Positions 1-12,575 of a stretch of DNA of 64,000 nt are shown here, piece by piece (position 1 is the first letter of the stretch; every line of letters begins with the position of its first letter). The notes below the pieces were generated by a model. The model was not told the DNA's origin. It ran no database searches and saw only the letters and a list, made by a program, of their open reading frames with translations. The position numbers were made by a program, and so were the translations under genes. The stretch is from positions 563,950 through 627,949 of the forward strand of contig CP065007.1 in NCBI GenBank assembly GCA_016699715.1, in the 5' to 3' direction. This DNA comes from Candidatus Competibacteraceae bacterium. Lineage in GTDB: Bacteria; Pseudomonadota; Gammaproteobacteria; Competibacterales; Competibacteraceae.

Positions 1-1026
1 GAGCGACTCCAGTGCCTGATGAAAAGCGTATTGCCGGGCGGATTCTTGGTGATGAAATAAACAACTTCTCAAATAATCTAATCCATAGCGAAAAAGACTT
101 TGGGTGGGACGGCCATGTTTTTTGATCTTGATCGGTTTAATTTCATGGCGCCATTCACCAATGATATGCGCCCAACTAAATGCAATAGCGAGAAAAGCCA
201 TCCATTTTTCAAGTCGCTGGGGGTCAGTTATATGGGTGGATTCCAGATCGAATCCCCGAGTTTTTAAGCAAATGAAAAGCGTTTCGATCGGCCAGCGTTC
301 CTTATAATTTTCCAACGCGGTTTCCGGTTGTTCTTGCGTTGCGAGAATAACGAATTCACCGTTGGCCATTTTCAGACCAATCACATAAAGAGAGTGCCCC
401 CACACGGTTCGTTGGCCCGATAAAACCAGAGCGCTGCCACGGGGTAGGCCTCGAAAAAGATTTTCGGCGGAGACGGGGACCCCTCGGGAGTTAGAGATTT
501 GCGTATTCTTTTTGATGCGTATTACGAATTTAATTTGATTTTCAATAAGATAACCAAACCATTGAATCCCAATAAACTCGCGATCCGCAAACAAGCAGGC
601 GATCATTTGCGGGCCGAAAATCGTAAGGAATCGATTCATTAATGCTATTCTTTCTTGGGTATTTGAGTTGCCTTTTTTATCTAAAGCAACCCATAGTATA
701 GGAAAAGCAGATCCGCGATAGACGACTCCTAAAACAAGGTAATTGATATTGACATCACCATATTTCCAATTGGTTCTATCGAGTGTCAATTTGAACTGAA
801 GCACAGGAATGAGACTGGCAATGAACCGGGCGACTTGATTCAGATCTAGAGAAAATTGACAAAAAAGTCGTTGAAGGCGTTTGTAATGAGAGGCCGGTTG
901 CGCACGCCCAGGAAAGGTGACAGCAATCTTTGCGAGATTGACCGTTCCCATCTGGATGATTCCGATAATTAAATAGACGATGCAAGAGATACGCGCTCGG
1001 TTCCAGTGAAAATGATGATGAAGCAT
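1..1026 (-). CDS. IS4-family DDE transposase; 3' end runs off the window start
   Basis: Absent from the ORF track because there is no stop inside the window. Manual reverse-complement translation from ATG (1026..1024) gives 342 uninterrupted codons down to base 1: MLHHHFHWNRARISCIVYLIIGIIQMGTVNLAKIA...LDRTNWKYGDVNINYL...CLFADREFIG...NYKERWPIETLFICLKTRGFDLESTH.... The DRTNW / ADREF / YKERWPIE contexts fit the DDE triad of IS4-like transposases. An in-frame TAA lies 16 codons upstream of the ATG. Confidence 0.85.
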   Translation of the reverse strand, partial: MLHHHFHWNRARISCIVYLIIGIIQMGTVNLAKIAVTFPGRAQPASHYKRLQRLFCQFSLDLNQVARFIASLIPVLQFKLTLDRTNWKYGDVNINYLVLGVVYRGSAFPILWVALDKKGNSNTQERIALMNRFLTIFGPQMIACLFADREFIGIQWFGYLIENQIKFVIRIKKNTQISNSRGVPVSAENLFRGLPRGSALVLSGQRTVWGHSLYVIGLKMANGEFVILATQEQPETALENYKERWPIETLFICLKTRGFDLESTHITDPQRLEKWMAFLAIAFSWAHIIGEWRHEIKPIKIKKHGRPTQSLFRYGLDYLRSCLFHHQESARQYAFHQALESL

Positions 1027-1255
1027 TTCTGCAAAGTGCCGGGTATTAAAAAAGGGGAATTCACGGAATTAACCTCGCCTGTTTTAGAATTAATGTTATC
1101 AATCAATTAGTTATGATAACAGCAACCTCGCGATCCTACTACCCTCAAAATAGCTGTTATTTTTTATCTTAATTTTCAGCAAGTTATTTTTGTCCTGTAC
1201 AATGTAAACACTGATAAGTTTTCGAGAAAAAACCATTATTAATCAAAGACAAGGA
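1..1255. mobile_element. Partial IS4-family insertion sequence; only one end is inside the window
   Basis: AT-rich block carrying the transposase. Composition switches to the GC-rich background at about 1255-1265, just before the stop (1299) of the neighbouring gene. The terminal IR cannot be defined without the partner end, so the boundary is approximate. Confidence 0.5.
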
Positions 1256-1298
1256 AAGAGACCGGGAATCGCTGACAGCTTGCTGTGGGGTCGTTTAT

Positions 1299-2264
1299 TC
1301 ACACTCTAGTTTTTTCCGGCCTGCAAAGAACCTCTGGCCGCTTACCGCCGATGCCCAACACCCCGACCGCTAACCCGCCCAGCGCCACCGCGAACCATAG
1401 CGTCGCGATCCGGCACAGCAGCGTAATCGCCACCGCCGCTGGACCGTCCGCGCCGAAGGCCACCAGCAGCATACCCATCACCGCCTCGGCGCCACCCAAG
1501 CCACCGGGCAGGAACGACAGCGCCCCGGCCAGCACCGCGATAGCGTAGATGCCGATGCCCGTTTCCACGTCGACTCCGACGCCGACATTCCGAGCAATCA
1601 AATACAAGGATAATCCTTCCAGCCCCCAGGACAGCACACCCAATCCTAATCCGAATAGAAAGTAACCCGGTCGCAACAGTACCGCCGCCGAATCGAGCAA
1701 GCGCGCCAGCCGGTCGAACTGATGACCATGGCGATGATTCTGTCCCCATGCCCGCAATTTTTCCGGTAGCCATGCGCGGGTAGCCAGCCAGCCCAGCCCC
1801 AGCGTCAGCATCCAGGCCACCGCCACCAGCCCGGCGTAATCGGGCCGGGCCAATAGAATCAGCAACGCCAGCAGGCTCATCGCCAGCACGTCCAGCAACC
1901 GCTCGACGAACAGCGCTGCCAGGCTCTGGGCATAGCTCACGCCATGGCCGTGCAAATACAGCGACCGCACCGCCTCGCCGGCCTTGCCTGGCGTCACAGT
2001 CAGGGTAAAGCCCGCCAGATAGTAGAGGAAATGTCGCCACCATGGCAGGGCGTGGCCGAACGCGGCAATGTAGCGCTGCCAGCGCCAGAAGCGCAGCAGA
2101 TAGTTGAGCAGCGACAGGGCAAAGATCGCCAGTAGCACCGGCAGTCCGACCCGCCGCAAGGCGGCGAATACAGCGGCGCGGTCGGCGAACAGTACGAAAC
2201 CCAGATACAGCAGCGCAGCCAAGGCGATGCTCAGGGTCAGGGCGCGACGATGATGGGAGGACAT
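1299..2264 (-). CDS. UPF0104 / lysylphosphatidylglycerol-synthase-TM-region-like (flippase-like) integral membrane protein
   Basis: Track ORF 1299..2321, with the start moved to internal Met20 (MSSHHRRALTLSIALAALLYLG...). Polytopic and hydrophobic. LNYLLRFWRWQRY and GFTLTVTPGKAGE segments resemble this family as I recall it. Confidence 0.65.
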   Translation of the reverse strand: MSSHHRRALTLSIALAALLYLGFVLFADRAAVFAALRRVGLPVLLAIFALSLLNYLLRFWRWQRYIAAFGHALPWWRHFLYYLAGFTLTVTPGKAGEAVRSLYLHGHGVSYAQSLAALFVERLLDVLAMSLLALLILLARPDYAGLVAVAWMLTLGLGWLATRAWLPEKLRAWGQNHRHGHQFDRLARLLDSAAVLLRPGYFLFGLGLGVLSWGLEGLSLYLIARNVGVGVDVETGIGIYAIAVLAGALSFLPGGLGGAEAVMGMLLVAFGADGPAAVAITLLCRIATLWFAVALGGLAVGVLGIGGKRPEVLCRPEKTRV

Positions 2265-2345
2265 GGCGTCAGCTTGAAACAGCGGCAGGATGCCGGCATC
2301 CACCGGTCTGGCGAAGCCCAATCGCCGAGCGAAAATCCCGATCCA

Positions 2346-3587
2346 TCATTTCCCGTCCCCAACCAGCAGCCGATGCGCGCCGTAGGCCAGCACGCCGCAG
2401 CCGGCGATGACCGCCGCCATCGAGAGCGCCGAGCCATTGCCCAGCAGTCCGACCAGCATGCTGGAAACCGTGGCCACCGCAAATTGCAGCGTGCCGATCA
2501 GGGCCGAGGCGCTGCCGGCGCGACCGCCCTGATCGGCCAGCGCGCAGGCCATCGCGTTCGGTCCGGTGAAGCCGAGGCTGGCGATATAGCCGAATAGCGG
2601 GATCAGCAGTACCGGCAGGCCACCCCAGCCGCTGGCCGCGACCGCCAGCAGCCCCAGCCCCAGCAGCACGGTCGCACGGTTGGCGCGGCGCAGGAGCGCG
2701 TCGGCGCTGTGATGCGTCAGCAGCCGGCGGTTGTACTGCGAGCTGGCGATCAGCCCCAGCGCGTTGAGTCCGAACAGCCAGCCGAAGGACTGCGCCGGCA
2801 CGCCGTACAACTCGATGAACACATGCGGTGAGCCGGTGATGTAGGCGAACATGCCGCCCAGCGCGAAACCGCCGCTCAGGGCATAGCCGATGAAGCGCCG
2901 GTCGCGCAACAGCTCGCCATAGACCCGCAACGCCGCGCCGACTCCGGCGCTGCCGACAGTGCCCGCCGGGCGGGTTTCCGGCAGGTGGCGCCAACTGAGC
3001 ATCAGAGTGGCGAACCCGAACAGGGCCAGTACTCCAAAAATCGCGCGCCAGCTCGCCAGCGTCAGAATCCAGCCGCCCATGATCGGGGCCAGGATCGGCG
3101 CCAGTCCCATCACCAGCATCAGCAGCGAATAGATCTTGGCCGAGGTCCGCGCGTCGAAACGGTCGCGCACCACGGCGCGGGCGATCACCACGCCGGCGCA
3201 ACCGCCCGCCGCCTGCACGAAACGCAGCGCCGTCAGCGTGGCGATGTCGGGCGCCAGCGCGCAGCCGATCGAGGCCACGATATAGAGCGCCAGTCCGGCA
3301 TACAACGGCGGCTTGCGGCCGTAGCGGTCGGCGAGTGGGCCGTAGACGGCTTGACCCAGCGCCAGTCCGATAAAGAAACTGGCCAGGGTGTATTGGGCGG
3401 CGGCGGGGTCGGCGGCGAACGCGCTGGCAATGGCCGGCAGACTGGGCAGATACATGTCGATCGACATCGGCGCGAAGGCGGTCAGCGCGCCAAGCAGCAG
3501 TAGCCAGGATAAGGGGGGATGAGTCAGGATCGGTGCTCCAAGTCGGGTAGTCGGATGGCAGCGGAAGTCGGGCAATTGTAAGCTCAT
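2346..3587 (-). CDS. Bcr/CflA-family MFS drug-efflux transporter
   Basis: C-terminal 413 aa of track ORF 2346..3896, starting at Met104 (cat at 3585..3587). FAPMSIDMYLPSLPAIA, GPLADRYGRKPPL and RFVQAAGGCAG motifs are typical of Bcr/CflA. The upstream part of the ORF is low-complexity read-through antisense to the regulator gene. Confidence 0.85.
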   Translation of the reverse strand: MSLQLPDFRCHPTTRLGAPILTHPPLSWLLLLGALTAFAPMSIDMYLPSLPAIASAFAADPAAAQYTLASFFIGLALGQAVYGPLADRYGRKPPLYAGLALYIVASIGCALAPDIATLTALRFVQAAGGCAGVVIARAVVRDRFDARTSAKIYSLLMLVMGLAPILAPIMGGWILTLASWRAIFGVLALFGFATLMLSWRHLPETRPAGTVGSAGVGAALRVYGELLRDRRFIGYALSGGFALGGMFAYITGSPHVFIELYGVPAQSFGWLFGLNALGLIASSQYNRRLLTHHSADALLRRANRATVLLGLGLLAVAASGWGGLPVLLIPLFGYIASLGFTGPNAMACALADQGGRAGSASALIGTLQFAVATVSSMLVGLLGNGSALSMAAVIAGCGVLAYGAHRLLVGDGK

Positions 3588-3630
3588 CGCATGGGTTGTA
3601 CTGACAATCGAGTGGAGTGGAGCGTTCGGG

Positions 3631-4293
3631 ATGCGCGTGTTGCTGGTGGAAGATGACACGATGATCGGCGACAGTCTGCGCAAGGGTTTGCGCGGCGAAG
3701 GGTTTACCGTGGACTGGGCGCGGGACGGGCGCGACGCGGAACTGGCGCTGGAGACCGCGGAATATGCGTTGGTGTTGCTGGATTTGGGTCTGCCGAAGAA
3801 GGACGGGCTGGCGGTGTTGCGCGACTGGCGCCAGCGCGGGAACGCCGTGCCGGTACTGGTACTCACCGCCCGCGATGCGGTGCCGGACCGGGTCATGGGT
3901 TTGGACAGCGGCGCCGACGATTATCTGGTCAAGCCGTTCGATCTGGCCGAACTGCTGGCGCGGATGCGGGCGCTGCTGCGCCGGCAGGCCGGGCGGGCGC
4001 GGGATTTGATCGAGATGGGAACGCTGCGGCTCGATCCGGTCGCGCATGGGGTCGAGTATCGCGGGCAGCCGGTATTCCTGTCGGCGCGGGAATTCGCGCT
4101 GTTGCACGCGCTGCTGGAAACGCCGGGCGCGGTGTTGTCCCGCGAGCAGTTGGAGGATCGGCTGTACGGTTGGGGCGAGGAGGTGGAAAGCAATGCCGTC
4201 GAGGTCCACATCCACAATCTGCGCCGCAAGCTCGATCCACGGATCATCCGCACCGTGCGCGGAGTCGGCTACCGGCTGGGGGATGCCAGCTGA
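3631..4293 (+). CDS. OmpR/PhoB-family response regulator (QseB/BasR-like); no cognate histidine kinase adjacent
   Basis: 220-aa ORF. Receiver domain MRVLLVEDD...LLDLGLPKKDG...DDYLVKPF plus winged-helix output domain (LSAREFALLHALL...VEVHIHNLRRKL...IRTVRGVGYRL). Confidence 0.92.
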   Translation: MRVLLVEDDTMIGDSLRKGLRGEGFTVDWARDGRDAELALETAEYALVLLDLGLPKKDGLAVLRDWRQRGNAVPVLVLTARDAVPDRVMGLDSGADDYLVKPFDLAELLARMRALLRRQAGRARDLIEMGTLRLDPVAHGVEYRGQPVFLSAREFALLHALLETPGAVLSREQLEDRLYGWGEEVESNAVEVHIHNLRRKLDPRIIRTVRGVGYRLGDAS

Positions 4294-4299
4294 GCGGGT

Positions 4300-4617
4300 T
4301 CAACTCAGATGGCGCGGCGCCACCAGGGTGGCCAGGGCGGCGCGGATCGGTTCCGGGTCGTCGAGCCGGCGCATCAGCTTGCCGATGAGTTGCAGTTGCC
4401 GCTTGTGCGCCCCCCGCTGCGGGATCGCCTGCGCCGTTCGTACCGCGGCCAACAAGTCTTCCGGCAGCGGCACTCGTCGCAACTGCGCCGGAGTGAGCTT
4501 CACCAGGTGTTCGCCCAGATCCTGCAAGGCGGTGGCTTCCCGCTTGCGTTGGCTTTTGCTGGGTGGCTCAAGCGCTTCCGGGTCATACGGTTCTTCATCG
4601 AAGTCGTGGTCGTGCAT
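4300..4617 (-). CDS. yjgA: DUF615/YjgA-like ribosome-associated protein, apparently C-terminally truncated (105 aa)
   Basis: Track ORF 4300..4776, start moved to Met54 (MHDHDFDEEPYDPE...). SKSQRKREATALQDLGEHLVKL...RQLQLIGKLMRRLDDPEPIRAALA parallels the N-terminal half of E. coli YjgA (183 aa, from memory). The frame stops about 7 residues after the IR.AL segment. Confidence 0.55.
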   Translation of the reverse strand: MHDHDFDEEPYDPEALEPPSKSQRKREATALQDLGEHLVKLTPAQLRRVPLPEDLLAAVRTAQAIPQRGAHKRQLQLIGKLMRRLDDPEPIRAALATLVAPRHLS

Positions 4618-4711
4618 ATTGGAATTTTCCGGCTCAAGAAATGTGCGGACGGGGACGGTGGCGCAAAAAAGCCCCGTCCGCTTTCCGAGGCGAACGGGGC
4701 TATCCATGGAA

Positions 4712-6476
4712 CTACTTCTTGCGCATGGGAGGCAGATCGGTGCAGACACCCTCGAATACTTCCGCCGCCATGCCAACCGATTCGCCCAGTGTCGGATGCG
4801 GATGAATGGTCAGACCGATGTCGGCCGGATCGCAGCCCATTTCGATGGCCAGCGCCACCTCGCTGATCAGGTCGCCGGCGTGGGTGCCGACGATGCCGCC
4901 GCCGACGATGCGGTGGCTGTCCTCATCGAAGATCAGCTTGGTGAAGCCTTCGTCGCGACCGTTGGCGATGGCGCGGCCGGATGCGGCCCAGGGGAACTTG
5001 CCCACGCGTACCTTGATGCCCTGCGCCTTGGCTTCCGCCTCGGTCAAACCCGCCCAGGCCACTTCCGGATCGGTATAGGCCACGCCGGGAATCACCTTGG
5101 CGTCGAAGAAGCTCTTCTGCCCGGCGGCGGCTTCGGCGGCGACGTGACCCTCATGCACCGCCTTGTGCGCCAGCATCGGCTGGCCGACGATGTCGCCGAT
5201 GGCGAAGATGTGCGGCACGTTGGTGCGGCAGTTGTTTGTCCACCGGGATGAAGCCGCGGTCGCTCACGGTGACGCCCGCCTTTTCGGCGGCGATCTTCTT
5301 GCCGTTGGGCGAGCGTCCGGCCGATTGCAGGATCATGTCGTAAAGTTGCGGCTCGGCCGGGGCGTTGGCACCCTCGAAGGTCACCAGCAGCCCCTCCGGC
5401 CTGGCTTCGACCGCGACCGTCTTGGTCTTGAGCATGATCTGGTCGAAGCGGCCGGTGTTCATCTTTTCCCACACCTTGACCAGATCCCGATCGGGACCCT
5501 GCATCAGGGCGTCGAGCATTTCCACCACCTCGATGCGGGTGCCCAGCGTCGAGTAGACCGTGGCCATCTCCAGGCCGATGATGCCGCCGCCGATCACCAG
5601 CAACCGCTTCGGGATGAAGCGCAGTTCCAGCGCGCCGGTGGAATCGACGATGCGCGGATCGTTCGGGATGAAGGGCAAATGCACCGCCTGACTGCCGGCG
5701 GCGATGATGCACTTCTCGAAGCGGACGATTGTCTTCTCGCCGCTCTTGTCCTGGCCGTCGCCGGCGGTGAGTTCGACCTCCAGATGATGGGGATCGAGAA
5801 AGCTCCCGTAGCCACGCACGGTTTCCACCTTGCGGGCCTTGGCCATGCCCGCCAATCCGCCGGTCAGCTTGCCCACCACCTTGCCTTTGTGAGCACGCAG
5901 TTTGTCCAGATCCACGGTGGGTGTGCCGAAGCTCACGCCCAGATCGGCGAAATGCGCCGCCTCGTCCATGACCGCCGCCACATGCAGCAGGGCTTTGGAG
6001 GGAATGCAGCCGACATTGAGGCAGACCCCGCCCAGAGTGGAATAGCGTTCCACCAGCACGGTCTTCATGCCCAGATCGGCGGCGCGGAACGCGGCGCTGT
6101 AACCGCCCGGTCCGGCGCCGAGCACCAGCATTTCGCAGTCGAGATCGGCTTTGCCGGCAAACGCGCCCGCGACGGGCGCGGGCGCGGGCGCGGGCGCGGG
6201 TTCGGCGGGTTTGGCTGGAGCCGTCGCCGCTGGTGCGGTGCTCGCTTCCAGCATCAGAATGACATCGCCTTCGGAGACCTTGTCGCCGACCTTGACCTTG
6301 AGTTCCCCGACCGTCCCGGCCTGGGGCGCGGGTACTTCCATCGAGGCCTTGTCGCTTTCCAGCATGATCAGCGGATCTTCCGCGGCGATGGCATCGCCCG
6401 GTTTGACCAGCACTTCGATGATTTCCACGCCTTTGAAGTCACCGATGTCGGGGACTTTGACTTCCACGAGACTCAT
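4712..6476 (-). pseudogene. lpdA: Dihydrolipoyl dehydrogenase (PDH E3) with N-terminal lipoyl domain, interrupted by a 1-nt frameshift (pseudogene or sequencing error)
   Basis: Two track ORFs (5151..6476 and 4712..5218) together make one E3. The first has the lipoyl domain ([13 protein letters not shown]), FAD site (GAGPGGY...[13 protein letters not shown]) and ...GFIPVDKQL, then goes out of frame. The second resumes as (V)[23 protein letters not shown]...HPHPTLGE. Removing one C from coding-strand ctgCcgcacc (plus strand about 5226-5229) restores [16 protein letters not shown]. Confidence 0.88.
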
Positions 6477-6492
6477 GAGCAGCGGCCTCCGG

Positions 6493-8106
6493 TTAAAGCA
6501 GCACGCGGCGGAAATCCGCCAGCAGTTGCGCGAGGTAGACGTTGAAGCGGGTCGCCAGCGCGCCGTCGATCACCCGATGGTCGGCGCTCAGCGACAGCGG
6601 GAGGATCAGGCGCGGTCCGAACTGCTGGCCATCCCACACCGGTTTCATCACCGACTTGCTGACACCCAGGATCGCCACCTCCGGGGCGTTGATGATCGGC
6701 GAAAAGGCCGTACCGCCGATGCCGCCCACCGAGGAGATGGTGAAGCAGGCACCCTGCATCTCCGCGGGCCCCAGCTTGCCGTCGCGGGCCTTTTTGGCCA
6801 GTTCGCCAGTCTCCCTGGCGATGTCGAAGATGCCTTTTTTATCGGCGTCCTTCACCACCGGCACCACCAGTCCGTTGGGCGTGTCGGCGGCGAAGGCGAT
6901 GTGAAAGTACTGCTTGTAGACCAGATTGTCGCCATCGAGCGAGGTGTTGAACTCCGGAAATTTTTGCAACGCCCGCACGCAGGCCTTGATCAAGAAGGCC
7001 AGCATGGTCAGCTTGGTGCCACCGGTCTTTTCGTTCTCCTTGTTGATCTGGAGGCGGAAAGCTTCCAGGTCGGTGGTGTCGGCGTCCTCGTGATAGGTGA
7101 CCGCCGGGATCATCACCCAGTTGCGCGCCAGATTGGCGCCGGAGAGCTTCTTGATCCGCGATAGCGGCTTGGATTCCACCGGGCCAAACTTGGCGAAATC
7201 CACCGTCGGCCAGGGCAGCAAATCCAGTATCCCGCCACCGGTCACGCCGCCGGCTGGCCCCGCCGCTGGAGTCGAGCCCGTCATCACCCCCTTGACGAAA
7301 GCTTGCACATCCTCCTTGAGAATCCGCCCCTTGGGACCGGAACCTTTGGCCAGGCGGGTCAGATCGACACCCAGTTCCCGGGCAAAACGCCGTATCGAGG
7401 GGCTGGCATGGACCTTGGCGAAGCTGGCCGCCGGCATCGATTCGGCCGACGGCGGCTTCGAGACCGGCGGCGGTTTCGGTGCACCTTCCGGCTTGCGCGC
7501 GCGCGGACCCAGCGCGATGGCGCTGAGCGTATCGGGTAGTTGCGGCTTGGCGGCGGTATCGGCACCGCTCGTGTTCAAGGTCAGGATCAGGTCGCCCTGC
7601 GAGACCGGGTCGCCGACCTTGGCCGCGATGCTTTGTACCGTGCCGGCATGGGGCGAGGGTACTTCCATGCTGGCCTTGTCGCTTTCCAGGGTAATCAATG
7701 GGGTATCGATCTCGACATGATCCCCGGCCGCGACCAGTACCTCGATGATCGGGATATTCTTGAAATCGCCGATGTCCGGCACCCGTACCTCGCGCGTTTC
7801 GCCGGAATCGCCGGGCGCGGCTGCATCGGTATCGGCGGCGGGACGCTCGGGCGCGGATACGCTCTCGGCCACATCCAGATACAGAATCAGGTCGCCCTGC
7901 GAGACCTTGTCGCCGGCCTTGATCTTGACTTCCCGAACCACGCCGGCCAATGGGGAAGGCACCTCCATGGACGCCTTGTCGGTTTCCAGGATGATCAGCG
8001 GCGCTTCCACATCGACGTTGTCGCCAGCGGCAACCAGCACGTCGATGACGTCCACGCCCTTGAAGTCGCCGATATCCGGCACATGAATTTCTTTAATGAT
8101 GCTCAC
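6493..8106 (-). CDS. aceF: Dihydrolipoyllysine-residue acetyltransferase (PDH E2), two lipoyl domains
   Basis: 537-aa ORF. Two lipoyl modules ([24 protein letters not shown]), a peripheral-subunit-binding segment ([16 protein letters not shown]) and a catalytic domain ending [13 protein letters not shown]. Confidence 0.95.
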   Translation of the reverse strand: MSIIKEIHVPDIGDFKGVDVIDVLVAAGDNVDVEAPLIILETDKASMEVPSPLAGVVREVKIKAGDKVSQGDLILYLDVAESVSAPERPAADTDAAAPGDSGETREVRVPDIGDFKNIPIIEVLVAAGDHVEIDTPLITLESDKASMEVPSPHAGTVQSIAAKVGDPVSQGDLILTLNTSGADTAAKPQLPDTLSAIALGPRARKPEGAPKPPPVSKPPSAESMPAASFAKVHASPSIRRFARELGVDLTRLAKGSGPKGRILKEDVQAFVKGVMTGSTPAAGPAGGVTGGGILDLLPWPTVDFAKFGPVESKPLSRIKKLSGANLARNWVMIPAVTYHEDADTTDLEAFRLQINKENEKTGGTKLTMLAFLIKACVRALQKFPEFNTSLDGDNLVYKQYFHIAFAADTPNGLVVPVVKDADKKGIFDIARETGELAKKARDGKLGPAEMQGACFTISSVGGIGGTAFSPIINAPEVAILGVSKSVMKPVWDGQQFGPRLILPLSLSADHRVIDGALATRFNVYLAQLLADFRRVLL

Positions 8107-8118
8107 CGGGATTCTCCC

Positions 8119-10779
<2,661 letters not shown>

Positions 10780-11023
10780 GAGGGGGTCCTGTAGTGGTTG
10801 GTTGTGGTTATACGCCCGCCTTATTACGGGGGGAAACGCCAGTACGGCAGGGATCGGAGGGCGGCATGGTCCGTCCATCTGCCTGCCATCGATAAGTAGT
10901 AGAACTATAGACGGGCTGTTGGCAATTGCATTCGACCGCGGTCGGGGCCAAAGTTGCGGTCGTGAACGCCACGGAGTTGGTGTTAAGCTAAAATTCCAAA
11001 CTGAATCAGTAGGGTAATCAATC

Positions 11024-11881
11024 ATGCAGCGTCTGAAGATAAAACATCGCACTACTTATCAATTTTCCAGCATGGTGACGCTGCTGCCGCATCAGCTCCT
11101 GCTGCGTCCGCGCGAGGGGCACGATGTGCGTATCGAAGCATCGAAGCTCGACATCTCGCCTGCTCATCGTCTCAAGTGGCATCGCGACGTGTTCGACAAT
11201 TCGGTGGCCGTGGCCAGCTTTTCGGAAACCGCGCAGCGACTGGTCATCAGCAGCGAAGTGATCATCCGGCATTATGAAGTGGCGCCGCTCGATTTCATCG
11301 TCGAGGACTACGCGGTCTATTATCCGTTTGAATACCTCCAGGAAGAAAGGGTCGATCTTGCGCCCTTCCAGCAACCGGTTTATCTCGATCAGCAGCCGGC
11401 GGTGCGCGATTGGTTCAACAGCCTGGATCTGATGCGCGACAAGGTGGAAACCTATGTGTTGCTGGATCGACTGAACCGGCTCATTGCCAAGGAATTCAAG
11501 TACGTCGTCCGCGAGGAGCCCGGTGTGCAACCGCCCGAACTCACCTTGGACATCCACAGCGGTTCCTGTCGCGACTACGCGACCCTGTTTATCGAAACCT
11601 GCCGTTTTCTCGGCCTGGCGAGCCGGTTCGTCAGCGGTTATTCGCACGTTCCCGAACTTGGGCCAGGTGGTGCGACGACGCACGCCTGGGCGGAAGTCTA
11701 TCTGCCCGGTCCGGGTTGGAAAGGTTTCGATCCGACCGCCGGTGAGCTGACTGGCAGCCGGCATATCCCGGTCGCGGTGGCTCGTCATCCGGAAGCAGTG
11801 CCGCCGGTTGCCGGCAGCTTCGTCGGGCCCAAGGGCCAGATCCCGATGCTGACGGTCGATGTCCAAGTAACGGCGCTTTGA
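11024..11881 (+). CDS. Transglutaminase-family protein (N-terminal Bact_transglu_N-like region plus transglutaminase core)
   Basis: 285-aa ORF. Core motifs GSCRDYATLFIETCR (Cys), THAWAEVYLPGPGWKGFDPT (His, Asp). Confidence 0.85.
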   Translation: MQRLKIKHRTTYQFSSMVTLLPHQLLLRPREGHDVRIEASKLDISPAHRLKWHRDVFDNSVAVASFSETAQRLVISSEVIIRHYEVAPLDFIVEDYAVYYPFEYLQEERVDLAPFQQPVYLDQQPAVRDWFNSLDLMRDKVETYVLLDRLNRLIAKEFKYVVREEPGVQPPELTLDIHSGSCRDYATLFIETCRFLGLASRFVSGYSHVPELGPGGATTHAWAEVYLPGPGWKGFDPTAGELTGSRHIPVAVARHPEAVPPVAGSFVGPKGQIPMLTVDVQVTAL

Positions 11882-11971
11882 GGGAATATTGACCAGTCAG
11901 GTACGGGTCGTCATCGAAGAGACCCTATCAACTTGATTTGTCTGATTTTCATTGAATTTTTCAATAGACAC

Positions 11972-12000
11972 TTGTTTTGTCTTGTCCTGTACCTTATAGT
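11972..12000 (+). promoter_or_regulatory. Candidate sigma70 promoter for the cold-shock gene (TTGTTT-17 nt-TATAGT), implying a ~140-nt 5' UTR
   Basis: -35-like TTGTTT at 11972..11977, 17-nt spacer, -10-like TATAGT at 11995..12000, in an AT-rich region. A long leader is expected for cspA-type genes. Prediction by eye only. Confidence 0.35.
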
Positions 12001-12147
12001 GATCGGTGCAAGATTTTTAAGTAGATTATCTGCCCATCCGCTGCAAACCCTTTACTTGGTATTCGGCTCGTCAGTTCCTCTATTTTGACTCTTGTGCCCA
12101 TGAGCGGCTGCTCAATTTTTTCAATCTTTTTTCGAGATCTTAAAGAC

Positions 12148-12354
12148 ATGGCAAGTGGTACTGTTAAATGGTTTAACGAAGCAAAAGGCTTTGGTTTCAT
12201 TTCCCCGGACGACGGCGGCGAAGATTTATTCGCGCACTTCTCGGCCATTCAAGGGCAAGGGTTCAAAACCCTTAGGGAAGCCCAGAAGGTTTCATTTGAT
12301 GTAACCACCGGCCCCAAAGGTAAGCAGGCAGCCAATATCCGCTCCATGGACTAA
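12148..12354 (+). CDS. cspA: CspA-family cold-shock protein (68 aa)
   Basis: Track ORF 12085..12354, start moved to ATG 12148 ([34 protein letters not shown]). RNP1 (KGFGFI) and RNP2-like (LFAHF) motifs present. Confidence 0.95.
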   Translation: MASGTVKWFNEAKGFGFISPDDGGEDLFAHFSAIQGQGFKTLREAQKVSFDVTTGPKGKQAANIRSMD

Positions 12355-12376
12355 GCGTTCAGGATTGAGATTGATG

Positions 12377-12408
12377 AAATAGCCCGGCTTCGCCGGGCTA
12401 TTTCGTTT
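12377..12408 (+). terminator. Rho-independent terminator downstream of cspA
   Basis: Perfect 12-bp stem AAATAGCCCGGC / GCCGGGCTATTT (12377..12388 and 12392..12403) around a 3-nt loop, followed by cgTTT. Confidence 0.7.
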
Positions 12409-12537
12409 GGTCCTCGATCTCCGCCTTCCTGGGGCTGACGGACAGGCGCTTCATCGTTTGCGTGGATCACTTCGAGCGGGACTGGCGATTCTTTATGGCC
12501 ACAAAGCGTTTCAGCTTCGAGCAGCCTCCACACTAAG

Positions 12538-12566
12538 GAACTGCGCAAAAATAACTTGGTTATTTT
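12538..12566. repeat. Left terminal inverted repeat of the ISAzo13-family element
   Basis: See the mobile-element entry; 28/29 match to the reverse complement of 13808..13836. Confidence 0.85.
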
Positions 12567-12575
12567 GATTAAAAT

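Noticed and set aside
2269-4215. 648-aa minus-strand ORF spanning the MFS pump and response-regulator loci
   Set aside because: It is antisense or alternate-frame to two genes with clear family motifs. The Arg/Pro/Gly/Ala-dominated composition is typical of shadow ORFs in high-GC DNA, and there is no recognisable domain.
4046-5251. 401-aa plus-strand ORF bridging the regulator 3' end, yjgA and lpdA
   Set aside because: It crosses three independently supported genes on both strands and has no coherent domain content.
6165-6205. Hexanucleotide repeat (gcgggc)n in lpdA, and the three lipoyl-domain copies across lpdA/aceF
   Set aside because: The repeat encodes the normal Ala-Pro inter-domain linker. 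Lipoyl-domain repetition is standard PDH architecture and not a novel repeat.
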